DNA from: Selaginella moellendorffii
Taxonomy: Eukaryota; Plantae; Lycopodiophyta
Length of the DNA: 54,359 nt
NCBI RefSeq assembly: GCF_000143415.4
Contig: NW_003314294.1
Coordinates: forward strand, 1-54,359
Reading direction: 5' to 3'
The stretch's first letter is position 1. The number at the start of each line of letters is the position of its first letter. This document shows positions 25,112 to 35,714 of this stretch, piece after piece. The notes below the pieces were generated by a model. It searched no databases. It saw only the letters and a program-made list of their open reading frames with translations, and was not told the DNA's origin. A program made the position numbers and the translations under genes.

Positions 25112-26191
25112 ATGTCTTTAGGCATTATATTAATGTTTTTATTTAGATTAATTAATGCTCCTGAGGTTGGCTTTCGACCAGAAGATACAGATTATATAAA
25201 TTCAAATACTACAAATAGGATTATATCAGCTCTACTTTTAATGGTAAAAGCTAAAATTCCTCCTCATGCAGCAGTACCATTAGGTCAAGGTATCAAAGCT
25301 GAGGTAATTCTGCCAGATGAAATATATGGTAAAATAAGTGTGAATGTACAAATATGGCTTTATAGCCATGAAAGAGGGAAAAGTTTCAGGCATTGTTCTG
25401 CTTATCCTACTGGAGAGAATGGTAATACTACTGCCATTATATTAGATTTACTTTACTTATTAATGTACTACCGTCCTATTCTTATATCTTTAGGTTCTAG
25501 ATTAATTGCTTTAACATCAGGGATCTATGGTATTTACTATTGGGTTAGAAATGTACCTCCAGCAGGGCAACCTAGCTCTAGAACATCAGATCAATTTATT
25601 AATACATCAAATAAAATTAACAATTTTAATGATTGTCATATTTCCTTGAATACATTAATTAGCTCTACAATTCATAATATTTTATTAGAATTCCATTTTA
25701 TAACATCTCCAAATCAAAAAGCATACTTATATTTGCATCCTAATTGCAAATTAGAATTATATATTGGAAATAAATCAAAGTGGTTTAAATCAGGAAATTA
25801 TATAAAATGTTATCTTGTATTACAGGGCCTTCCTCTCCCGCCCCATGCGGCTTGGCTGCCTCCCATTGGCCGGGAGCAAACATCAGCGCGATTATTCTCA
25901 AACACGTGGTTAAAGAAATAACCCCTTTACAGTTACCCCCCATCGGACAGCCCAATTGGCTGGATCCGGCGGCCCACAAAGTTCGGCATTTGCTCCTTAT
26001 AGTAGTAGATAAACAAAAAAATTGTGTGGTCACCAAATGAATATTGTTATCCCCAACCAAATTGTGTGATGAACTCATATCTTTCATTACAAAACAATTG
26101 TAATTTAGTTTTATACCAAAATATACAAGATACGTTTTCTAAAGTACCAAGAGTTCAAATCCTTTGGTCAACTGGTACTTTTTGTAATTAA
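25112..26191 (+). pseudogene. Second copy of the lectin-domain gene, disrupted by a ~170 bp insertion
   Basis: Collinear with 21477-22400. Foreign sequence ~25827-25996 replaces the DDGNLV codons and gives a premature stop at 25921. The lectin C-terminus resumes at ~26009. Confidence 0.85.
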
Positions 26192-26441
26192 GAAACATTA
26201 ATATAGAATTATTATTTATGTTGTTCTTCCCAATCTTCTACTTCATTCCAGCGTCCCATGTCTGTAGTACCCATGTCTGTGGTACACAAGGTAATGCTTG
26301 AAAGAGTAAATTTGGGAATTCCTGGAAATGCCAGCACCAAACCCAGTGGTGATTGAAGCAAGGAATTGCTTCACAAGACATGCCAATTTTTTGTCTTTTT
26401 CTTTTGTAAGGTTCGATAGAACGAAAATGGATGCTTGAATT

Positions 26442-28298
26442 TCACTCTACAAGACTGTTTAGTTGTTCCGTGAAATCAATTTGATCAAGCCCCTCCTTGG
26501 CCCGGTGGCTATCTCCATGTGTCTTGTAAGCACCCAGCAGCGTTCTCATTGCGACATCATCAGCCTCTACCGGCATGCCTTGGATCAATTCCTCGGCGTC
26601 TCTCAGCTGGCCAGCTCGAGCAAGCAGATCGATCATGCACATAAAATGGTCACGAACCGGCTGGATCCCGAAGTCTAGCTGCATGGACACGAAGAAGGAG
26701 CAGCCATCTTCGTATCGCCCCCCATGGCTGCAAGAGAAGATGACGCTCACGAACGTGATCTCGTCCGGATCAACACCTCGCAAGATCATCGCCACGAACA
26801 GCTCCAGCGCCTCCCAGAAGCAGCCGTTTTTGGAGTACGAAGCCATCATCGTGTTCCAAGCGACGAGGTGGTTTGGAGCCGGGATTTGCTCGAACACCGC
26901 TCGCGATTCCTCCAGGTTCCCACACTTCGCATAGAGATTCATGAGAGCGTTCCCGACAACGATGTCCCGATCCAATCCGGCCTCCACAACCGCGGCGTGG
27001 ATCATCCGTCCCTCCACGATCGATGGAATGCTCGCACAGGCGTCCAGCACGCCCACGTAGCTGAACTTATCGGGATGGAAGCCCTCCACCACCATTCTCT
27101 TGAAGAGTTTGAGCGATTCGACATGGCCACCCTCGCCAGAGCTCGAAGAAGCGTACATCGCGATCATGATGTTCCACGAGTTGAGATCCCGAGTGTTCAT
27201 GGCATCGAAGATCTCCCTGGCTTTGGAGAGGCGCCTGTTCTGTGCGTAAGCCGTGATCATCGCATTCCACGACACGGTGTTCTTCACGGGCATGTCTTGG
27301 AACACGGCCTCAGCATCTGCAAGATGCCCGTTCTGGGCATACGCAGCAACCATCGCCGTCCATGTCACTACATTCTTCTCGGGCATCTCCTGGAAGACTT
27401 GAAACGCTTCTTGGGCACTTCCACACTTCCCATACATGTCTACCAGCGCGGTCCCCAAGACAACATCCGACTTGTAGTCTTCCCCGGAAGCGACGATTGT
27501 GGAGTGGATGATCTTCGCTACTGCAATTCCCGCAGGCGCATCTAGAGCTTGGATCACACTCAGATATGACACCTTGTCCGGCCCAACTCCCTGGAAATCC
27601 ATCTCTCGAAACAGCTCCAGCGCCTCTTGCATAAGCCCATTCTGGGCAAATGCTGCTACCATCGCGTTCCAGGCGACCACGTCTCGAACTGGCATTTGGC
27701 GAAACAACGATCTTGCATCGTCAAGGTTGCAGCTTTGCGCGCAAGCAACCAATATTGCCGTCCAGGAAATGGCGTCCCAAAGCGGCATCTTGCTGAACAG
27801 CGTGCGTGCATGATGCAAATGCCCGTTTTGGGCAAATGCGGAGATCATCGTGTTGAGCGAGTAGATGTTGGGTGTCTCGATGCGCTCGAACGCGGCGATG
27901 GCGTCGCCGAGTCTCCCACACTTTCCGTACATCTGGACGAGGTTGTTTCCCAGATACGTATCGCGGTCGTAGCCGGCGAGCGCGATCCGTTCGTGGAGCC
28001 GGCGACCCTCTCCCAGTGCCTTGGCGCTGGCGCACCGCCGGAGGAGAGACCCAAATCTTCCCACATCAATCGCGTTCTTTCCAGAGTCGCGGAGGAGGAG
28101 CCCATCGATCGCCTGCTTGAGCTGCTCGCGCAAACTCTTGCCGCTTAATCTGGGCGATGCTGCTGCTGCTGCTGGTGGATGCTCGTCGTCGCAGCTTAAG
28201 TTCTTGCCCACCACTTGCCTTCTCACGAAATGGGCGTCAAGGATCGCTCTAGCTGGGGACAAGCACGAAAATCTTCTTCGCTGGGAAAGAGCTTGCAT
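26442..28298 (-). CDS. PLS-class pentatricopeptide repeat protein ending in a truncated E region (no DYW), 618 aa
   Basis: Repeated MYGKCG and VVAWNAMVAAFAQNG motifs; Arg/Ser-rich N-terminus consistent with an organellar transit peptide; intronless. Confidence 0.9.
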   Translation of the reverse strand: MQALSQRRRFSCLSPARAILDAHFVRRQVVGKNLSCDDEHPPAAAAASPRLSGKSLREQLKQAIDGLLLRDSGKNAIDVGRFGSLLRRCASAKALGEGRRLHERIALAGYDRDTYLGNNLVQMYGKCGRLGDAIAAFERIETPNIYSLNTMISAFAQNGHLHHARTLFSKMPLWDAISWTAILVACAQSCNLDDARSLFRQMPVRDVVAWNAMVAAFAQNGLMQEALELFREMDFQGVGPDKVSYLSVIQALDAPAGIAVAKIIHSTIVASGEDYKSDVVLGTALVDMYGKCGSAQEAFQVFQEMPEKNVVTWTAMVAAYAQNGHLADAEAVFQDMPVKNTVSWNAMITAYAQNRRLSKAREIFDAMNTRDLNSWNIMIAMYASSSSGEGGHVESLKLFKRMVVEGFHPDKFSYVGVLDACASIPSIVEGRMIHAAVVEAGLDRDIVVGNALMNLYAKCGNLEESRAVFEQIPAPNHLVAWNTMMASYSKNGCFWEALELFVAMILRGVDPDEITFVSVIFSCSHGGRYEDGCSFFVSMQLDFGIQPVRDHFMCMIDLLARAGQLRDAEELIQGMPVEADDVAMRTLLGAYKTHGDSHRAKEGLDQIDFTEQLNSLVE

Positions 28299-28434
28299 TC
28301 ATCCTTCTTGAAGTTTGATTGATCGCATATTCTAGAATCTTTACCTCGAGCTTTTTCTTCCTGGAACAAACCCACACATTAGACGTGTAGAAAGAAAGAA
28401 CTCTTCTACCTCGATCGATCTTGTCGAACTTTCT

Positions 28435-29450
28435 CTAGTCTTCAATGTCTTCGAAAAAGGATCCCAGTGTCTTTCGAAGCATGGTGAAGGATTTGTCTTC
28501 CTGGCACACGACTCTCACTCAGCACGAGAACGAAAAAAAATAAACTTGCCCACCTGAGACTTCTTCTTGACTTGTTCCTCGGCTGCTGCGATTTTGTCCG
28601 AGCAGCTCTTTTGCAGGTCACTCACAAGCGTTTTCTCCTTTTTCCCTGTAGAGAAAAAACACTTTAGTCCATGTTATAATCTGTGTAAGCGATAGCGTAG
28701 GACTCGCGGAAGTGGTTCTTACTCTGCTGCTCAAGTCGCGTGAGCAAGGCCTCTTTACCCTCTTCGAACTTGGAGAAAGTATCTGCAGTAAGTAGCATTA
28801 CTCGACAGAAAGGAAAAGAGAAACGATTAAATGGTACCTTCGTATGATCGAAGATGATCCTCTCTTTCTTTGCAGAACTTCTCGTAGATTGACTGGTACT
28901 TTGTGGCTTCGGCTTTTAACGATGCCTCGCACTGCGACAAAGAAACAAAACAATGGAGCAAATTATTTGAGGAAGAACTAGATTGTTTACTTCTTTCGCC
29001 AGCTTCGTAGCAGCCTTGAGGAGAGTTTGCCTGAATGGATGCACGCAATTCGAATGAGAACGCACAAAACATGGATGAATACCTCTCCTTGTCGGATTTG
29101 AGCTTCGCTTCGTCCGCTAGGGAAAGAATGTCCGACTTGACACTGATTCATTCCACGCAAGAACTAAGCCACACCATACCAAAACACACATGCAAACCTG
29201 TTGAGAATCTCCTCGTTCTTCTTCTGGCCATCAGTCTTCGCCTTCTTGCGCACTTGCTGGAGGGCCGTGAGAATACCCTGGATGTCGCTGCACCAAAAAC
29301 AATCGATCGATCGATCCAATCGACTATAATCCAGACAAGAATCCCTCACCTTGACAGATCTAGTCCAAGATCGGCATCCGCGCCAGGAATTTCCCCTGGC
29401 GCCATCGCAGCGCCATCGCTCCTCGCATGCCTCTTCGACACGGCAGCCAT
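28435..29450 (-). CDS. ASY4: ASY4-like meiotic chromosome-axis coiled-coil protein (8 exons, manually spliced)
   Basis: GT-AG splicing gives MAAVSKRH...LDLSSDIQGILTALQQVRKKAKTDGQKKNEEILNSVKSD...CEASLKAEATKYQ...DTFSKFEEGKE...RKKEKTLV...EDKSFTMLRKTLGSFFEDIED*. This matches my recollection of Arabidopsis ASY4 (e.g. DKTFSILRKTLGSF). Confidence 0.8.
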
Positions 29451-29556
29451 AGGAAGTGAAAATTCCCGCCCAGGGCTCTTGAGTTTAAAATCAAACGGAG
29501 GAAAATCTTCCGCCAGATACCGGCATATTCTGTTAAGAGATGCCGGCATATACCTT

Positions 29557-30146
29557 CTACACGACATCGTCGGCGAGCGAGAGGATCTTCACGAATTTCT
29601 TCGCGCGGAGCTCCGCCGCGACGGGGCCATAGACGCGCGTTCCAACGGGCTCGCCCTCCTTGTTGATGATCACCACCGCATTCTCGTCGAACCGGATGTG
29701 CGATCCATCGCGGCGGCCCTTTTGCATCCTCGCGCGCACGATCACGGCCCGGACGACGTCGCCCTTCTTCACCTTGGTGCTCTCCTTCTCGAATTTCTTG
29801 ATCCTCTTCTTGCCGCTGGCGGCCTCCTTTACCGACGCCACGATCACGTCCCCGATGCTGCCTCCGATCTTGCGCGCCTTGGCCTGGATGCACCCGACGA
29901 TCTTGGCGCCGGAGTTGTCCGCGACATTGAGCTTGGTCCTCATCTGGACGAAGCACCGGGTTTGCTGCGCCACACAAGAGATCGATCGATCGAGCAATGC
30001 GGGAGAAATTCGTGGGAGATCAAGACTAGCACCTGGAATACGGCAGGCCGGGACATGATCTGGTAGCCAGGATCGACGCGTAGCCCGCCAGAGGTCCACA
30101 CTCGGCTCCATAGCGCCCCGGTGGGCGCAATCCCTCGCAGCGCCAT
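29557..30146 (-). CDS. rpl14: Nuclear-encoded mitochondrial ribosomal protein uL14 (HUELLENLOS/HLP-like); exons 30146-30033 and 29964-29557
   Basis: [42 protein letters not shown] phase-0, 68-nt GT-AG intron joins a presequence-like exon 1. Confidence 0.9.
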
Positions 30147-30158
30147 CGCCCTAGCAAT

Positions 30159-30167
30159 AAACCCTAA
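30159..30167 (+). promoter_or_regulatory. Telo-box AAACCCTAA in the divergent intergenic spacer
   Basis: Exact motif next to a ribosomal protein gene start; telo-boxes are known near plant ribosomal protein genes. Confidence 0.6.
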
Positions 30168-30218
30168 ACCTCTGGCAGGAATATGCTCGTCCTGCGCGGG
30201 GAATATACCCGTTTAGCT

Positions 30219-33200
30219 ATGGCGAGCGCCTTGCAAACAAGCTGCCGTATTCTCGGAAGAGCACACGCCCGTCGCGCGAATATTCCACGTTCTTGTAGAG
30301 CTATATTCTTCGCTACTAGGCTTGGGTCCTCCGTGAGCGCCTATACTCCAGCGCTTCCACCGAGGTCTAGGGTTCCTCATTTGTGTTGCTCCGCCGGGAC
30401 GAGGAGAATGGCGGCGCTGGCAATCGACAAGGAGCTAAATCCTCTCCTCAAGGATGGATCGTTGCCTCTCTACGACAAGGTCGATGCAACGCACGTCGTC
30501 CCCGGGATCCGGCAGCTGCTGGAAGAACTGGTAATATTTCTCTGGATTCCACGATTGTCTTGACTTGATCGCGCAGGAAGCGGAGCTTGTCAAGCTGGAG
30601 CAAAATCTCAAGCCTGATTGGGAATCCCTTGTTCATCCCCTGGAGCGCATCACGGATCGATTGACTGTGACGTGGGGAATCGTTGAGCACCTGAAGGCTG
30701 TCAAGGATAGTTCCGAGCTACGCGCGGCTGTCGAAGAAGTACAGGTATCTCTTTCTTTGATCTTCTTTGCAAAAAAGCTATTCTTGCTGTCTTTCTGTAG
30801 CCCGAGAAAGTGGCTTTTTTGCTGAGACTCGGCCAGAGCAAACCTCTCTATAAAGCTTTCAAGGAGATTCAAGACGGACCAGGATTTAAGAATCTCACGG
30901 ACGCTCAGAAGAGAATTGTGGAAGGTAAAATGCTAGCTTTTCTCCTGTTTTTCATCGATGCTTGCTTGTGAAACCTGCAGCTCAGTTGAAGGAGGCCACG
31001 CTTAATGGTGTAGCGCTAGAAGGAGAGGACAAGAAACGATTCAACGAGATTGAACAGGTATTTTGTTCTTCTCATAGGCGTTTGCTGATGGTGTATGTGG
31101 TGGCAGGAATTGGAACTTCTTGGGACGAAGTTTAGCGAGCATGTTTTGGACTCGACCAAGAAGTATCAAAAGTTAGTCGTAGATAAAGCTGATATTGAAG
31201 GACTGCCACCCACTGCTCTTGGTTTGGCTGCACAGACGGCATGCTCAAAGGTAAAGTTGCGACTTAATCACAACTCGGGACTTATTGTTCTCTTTTGTAA
31301 GGGTCACGAGGGTGCTAACGCAGAAAACGGACCATGGATGTTTACGCTAGACCTGCCTAGCTACATGCCCGTGATGAAATTTGCAAAGAATCGAGCTTTG
31401 CGGGAAGAGATGTATCGGGAATTTATCACTGTTGCCTCTGAAGGTGACCTGGACAATACTCCTGTGATCAACAAAATTCTGGAACTCCGCTTGGAGAAAG
31501 CGAAGCTACTTGGCTACAAGAATTTTGCCGAGGTACTTTTTAGCGTCGAGCTTACAATCTGAGCAAAAACGCGTCTTTACAGGTCAGTATGGCTATGAAA
31601 ATGGCAACAACAGAAACTGCTAATGAGCTCTTAGAAAAACTTCGTCTCAGCTCATGGGATGGTGCTCTTAAAGGTGCTTCAACTATTATTGTTTCCTTGG
31701 TTCAAACAATTTTTGTTTCTTCTCCTTTTTTTCAGATTTTGAGGAACTAAAGTCCTTTAGTAAGTCCAAAAATGCACCAGAAGCTGATGATCTTTCTCAC
31801 TGGGATCTAACTTATTGGAGCGAACGCTTGCGTGAAGACAGATACGATGTTAATGAGGTAAATTGTATTCTAGATTTTCTTATATATGATTCGGAGGTCT
31901 ACATTGTGTAGGAAGAACTGCGGCCTTACTTTTCGTTGCCAAAAGTAATGGATGGGCTGTTCAACCTTGCCAAATATCTTTTTGGCGTTCAGATTGAACC
32001 TGCAGACGGCATGGCACCTGTACGTTTGTCAGCGTGTTTGTTGTTTCGCTTTAACTTGTTCTCTTTTTTCTTTTTGTGTTTTTTTTCTTTTGTTTTGTTT
32101 TTGCTAACAGGTCTGGAACAAGGACGTGAGCTTTTTTCAAGTGAAAGACTTGGCTGGTGAGCCTTTAGCTTTCTTTTACTTCGATCCTTATTCGAGGCCC
32201 TCGGAAAAGCGGGGTGGTGCTTGGATGGATATTGTGGTGGGACGGAGCCGTGTCCTTGCACCCCGAGGCAGCTCTGTGCGCTTACCTGTTGCTCACATGG
32301 TTTGCAACCAAACGCCTCCTGTTGGAAACGAGCCTAGTCTAATGACATTCCGGGAGGTACGATTTAAAACGTATTTCACTATTTCAACTTTCTTTGTAGG
32401 TGGAAACTGTGTTCCATGAATTCGGGCATGCGTTACAGCACATGCTCACTAAACAAGACGAAGGTTTAGTCGCAGGAATCCATGGTGTTGAATGGGATGC
32501 TGTGGAGCTTCCTTCTCAATTCATGGAGAATTGGTGTTACGATAGGTTTGTTGATATTTATTTAAAAGTTTGTTTCTAATCATGCAAACTACAGGAAAAC
32601 TCTCATGAGCTTTGCCGTCCACTATAAAACGGGTGAGCCATTATCAGAGGATGTGTACGAGAAGCTCAAGGCCGCAAGGACGTTCCGGGCTGCATCTTTG
32701 ATGATGCGTCAAGTAAGTATTTGCTTAAAAGCTCAGCTGACGCTGGTTTGGTTTTTGCTTTGCAGCTCCACTTTGCGATGACTGATCTGGAGCTCCATGG
32801 AAGATTCAAAGTCGGTGGCTCGGAAACAGTGTATGATGTCAACAGGAGAGTGGCAGAGAAAACTCAAGTCTTGCCCCCCCTTCCGGAAGACAGGTTCCTT
32901 TGCAGCTTTCTCCATATATTCTCATGTAAGTGCCTTTGTTGTCTTGCATTATCCCTTGCTCATCTTTCTGAATGCCTTCTTGCAGCGGCATCATATGCAG
33001 CTGGATACTACAGCTACAAAGTAAGTTCTTGTAGAGTATAAAGTTTTGACTTTCTCTTATCGTTTCTTACCTTTGATTCATGCAGTGGGCAGAAGTTCTT
33101 TCTGCTGATGCTTTCGGGGCATTTGAAGAAGCTGGACTGGACAATGAAAACGTGAGTTTCTCAAAGTTACTGAGGATTTACTAACGCCTTATGTGCGTGC

Positions 33201-33405
33201 AGGCGATCAAGGAGACTGGAAGGCGATTCAGAGACACAGTTCTCGGGCTTGGAGGAGGCAAACCTCCTCTCGAGGTAAATTCACCCAACAAAAAGTTCTC
33301 CTTCCAACTTGTCCATCTATCCAGGTTTTCAAGAGCTTTCGCGGCAGAGAACCTTCCACTGAAGCGTTGTTGCGGCATAGTGGTCTATTGGCTGTGGCAT
33401 CATAG
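30219..33405 (+). CDS. OOP: Organellar oligopeptidase A (M3 zinc peptidase, OOP/TOP-like), ~17 exons; alternative in-frame ATG at 30183
   Basis: NPLL..., [36 protein letters not shown] (HEXXH) at ~32415-32441, [47 protein letters not shown]; transit-peptide-like N-terminus. Confidence 0.93.
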
Positions 33406-33466
33406 GACTCAAAATTTTTCAATCACTCCAAAGGTTTGAGAATCGAAGTTTTAATCTTCTAATGGT

Positions 33467-35449
33467 ATGAGCAGTCAAGACCCAAGAGTAAGAGAGCTCT
33501 ACAGGATTGAGCAAGGGGATATAGACTTGAGTGACCACTCCTATGGGCTTCTCATCAAGAACTTCACCTCTCCCCCCCACTCACTCTCCCTCGCCAAGCG
33601 CCTCCACGCCCAGATCTCCAGGCGCGGCCGCGACCACAACACATTCCTCGGCAACTTGGTTGTGGACATGTATGCCAAGCTCGGCAGCCTCGAGGAGGCG
33701 AGCTCGGCGTTCCAGAGAATCCAGCAGAGGAATGTTTTCTCCTGGAACATCCTCCTCGCAGCACATAGCGCGAATGGGGATCTTGCTACGGCAAAGAAGC
33801 TCTTCGACAAGATGCCCGTGAGAGATACCGTGTCATGGAGCTCCATGGTGGGAGCGTTTGCACAGCACGAGCTTTGCGACGAGGCTGTTTCGTTGTTTCG
33901 AGAGATGCAGCTGGAAGGATCCAAGCCGGACAGGATAACTTTCATCAATGTGATCGATGCCTGTGCCGAGAAGCCGGCTCTCCAAGATGGAAAGTTCGTC
34001 TACAGCGTTTTGGCCGAAGATGGATTGGATTCCGACGTGAAAGTTGGCACCGCGCTGCTTAACATGTATGGGAAGTGTGGAAGTTTGCGGGACGCGGAGG
34101 CTTTGTTTGAGAAAATGCCGGAGAGGAACGCTGTCTCTTGGAACGCACTTCTTTCAGCATATGCCCAGAACGGGCATATGGAAAGTGCGAGGGAAGTGTT
34201 TGGGAGTATGCCTGAGAGGAATGTGGTGTCGTGGACGGGGATGATGGCCGGGTATGTCCAGAACGAGCTTTGTAAGGATGCGCTGGAGCTCTTTCTCTGG
34301 ATGGAGAACGATGGCGTGAAGCCCAACGAGAACACTTTCATCGCTCTTCTCGATGCCTGCGCGAGCATGTCAGCTCTTTCGCAAGGGAGAGTTCTCCACG
34401 CTCGAGTCACTGCGGTGGGATTTGATTCCAAGCTCAAGGTTGGGACTTGTGTTCTTGAGATGTATGGCAAGTGTGGTAGATTGGAAGAGGCGAGAGCGGT
34501 GTTTGACAAGATGGTGAACAAGAGTGTGATCACCTGGAACGCGATGATCGGATCGTACTCCCGGTTTGGACACTGGAGAGAAGCTCTGCGGGTGTTCTTG
34601 GCTATGGCACAGGAAGGAGTGACGCCAACTTGGATAACTTACATCAGCGTTTTGGTCGCGTGTAGCCACTCGGGGCTCTTGAGCCAAGGGAAGGACTACT
34701 TCACTTCTATGAGGCGGGACTTTTGCATCGATCCAACAATCGAGCATTACCACTGCATGATCGATCTCGTTGGCCGGGCGGGAACTCTTGCCGATGCTGA
34801 AGAACTCATCCACAACATGCCGTTTCACTCGGACTCAGTGACTTGGGCGGAGCTCGTTGCTTCTTCTCGGATTCATGGAGACTTGCTAAAGTGTGAGCGT
34901 GCTGCCGAGAATACATTCGAGATCGATCCAAGGGACCCTGCTCACGTCATTCTGTCCAACATGTATGCTGCGGCTGGAAAGCCGGCCTTGGTGAGAAAGG
35001 TGCGAAGAGACATGAAGGAGAGAGGGGTGAAGAGTAGGCCTGGGTGTAGTTTTATAGAGATTGGCAACAAAGTTCACGAGTTTGTATCGGGTGACTCGAT
35101 CCATCCCTTGAACGAGGAGATCCGGGCTAAAACTCGGGAGCTTCACGAGCGGATCAAACAGGAGCTTGGGTACGTGCCAGACACGAAGGAGGTGCTTTAC
35201 GACGTAGATGAGGAGGTGAAAAAGAAGATGCTGAGTTTCCACAGCGAGAAAATGGCTATTGCTTTTGGTGTTCTTGTGACAAGAGCCGGCACACCGCTGA
35301 GGGTCGTGAAGAACCTTAGAGTGTGCATGGATTGTCACACTTTTACCAAGCTGGTCTCCAAGTGCCTTGGAAGAGAGATTATCATGAGGGATGTCAATCG
35401 GTTCCACTCGTTCAAAGGGGGTGTGTGCTCATGTGGAGACTACTGGTGA
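33467..35449 (+). CDS. PLS-E-DYW PPR protein (putative C-to-U RNA editing factor), 660 aa
   Basis: PLS repeats, PG box PGCSFIE, HSEK...CMDCH zinc motif, terminal DYW; intronless. Confidence 0.95.
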   Translation: MSSQDPRVRELYRIEQGDIDLSDHSYGLLIKNFTSPPHSLSLAKRLHAQISRRGRDHNTFLGNLVVDMYAKLGSLEEASSAFQRIQQRNVFSWNILLAAHSANGDLATAKKLFDKMPVRDTVSWSSMVGAFAQHELCDEAVSLFREMQLEGSKPDRITFINVIDACAEKPALQDGKFVYSVLAEDGLDSDVKVGTALLNMYGKCGSLRDAEALFEKMPERNAVSWNALLSAYAQNGHMESAREVFGSMPERNVVSWTGMMAGYVQNELCKDALELFLWMENDGVKPNENTFIALLDACASMSALSQGRVLHARVTAVGFDSKLKVGTCVLEMYGKCGRLEEARAVFDKMVNKSVITWNAMIGSYSRFGHWREALRVFLAMAQEGVTPTWITYISVLVACSHSGLLSQGKDYFTSMRRDFCIDPTIEHYHCMIDLVGRAGTLADAEELIHNMPFHSDSVTWAELVASSRIHGDLLKCERAAENTFEIDPRDPAHVILSNMYAAAGKPALVRKVRRDMKERGVKSRPGCSFIEIGNKVHEFVSGDSIHPLNEEIRAKTRELHERIKQELGYVPDTKEVLYDVDEEVKKKMLSFHSEKMAIAFGVLVTRAGTPLRVVKNLRVCMDCHTFTKLVSKCLGREIIMRDVNRFHSFKGGVCSCGDYW

Positions 35450-35714
35450 TTTGTATGTCTATGAAAGGAAAGAAATACAACCTCTGTTTGCCAATCAAGA
35501 GGAATGCAAAAGTTTACACGAGAATCACGTCGACGTGAGAGATGCACACATTCTTGTGTATAAATGAGCTTAGCCAGAGATTCTTCAAGTTCGAAATGAT
35601 CCACCGCCAGAGCAAGCATTTCCAGCCTTACATATTTATATTAGTTTAGTTTCCAAAATGGAGAAGCGTTTCCAAATAACTTCCTAATCTCTCAATGCTA
35701 AAGACTTCATCAAA

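Noticed and set aside
25827-25996. Novel intron in lectin copy 2
   Set aside because: There is no GT at the 5' junction, and coding bases are deleted, so splicing could not restore the motif.
22633-28311. Antisense and alternate-frame ORFs over the PPR genes (likewise over the kinase and DYW genes)
   Set aside because: Expected shadows of GC-rich coding sequence.
29965-30111. Unspliced 184-aa rpl14 ORF starting at 30111, or a bacterial/organellar rpl14 insertion
   Set aside because: A clean GT-AG intron and presequence exon from 30146 give a typical nuclear HLL-like gene.
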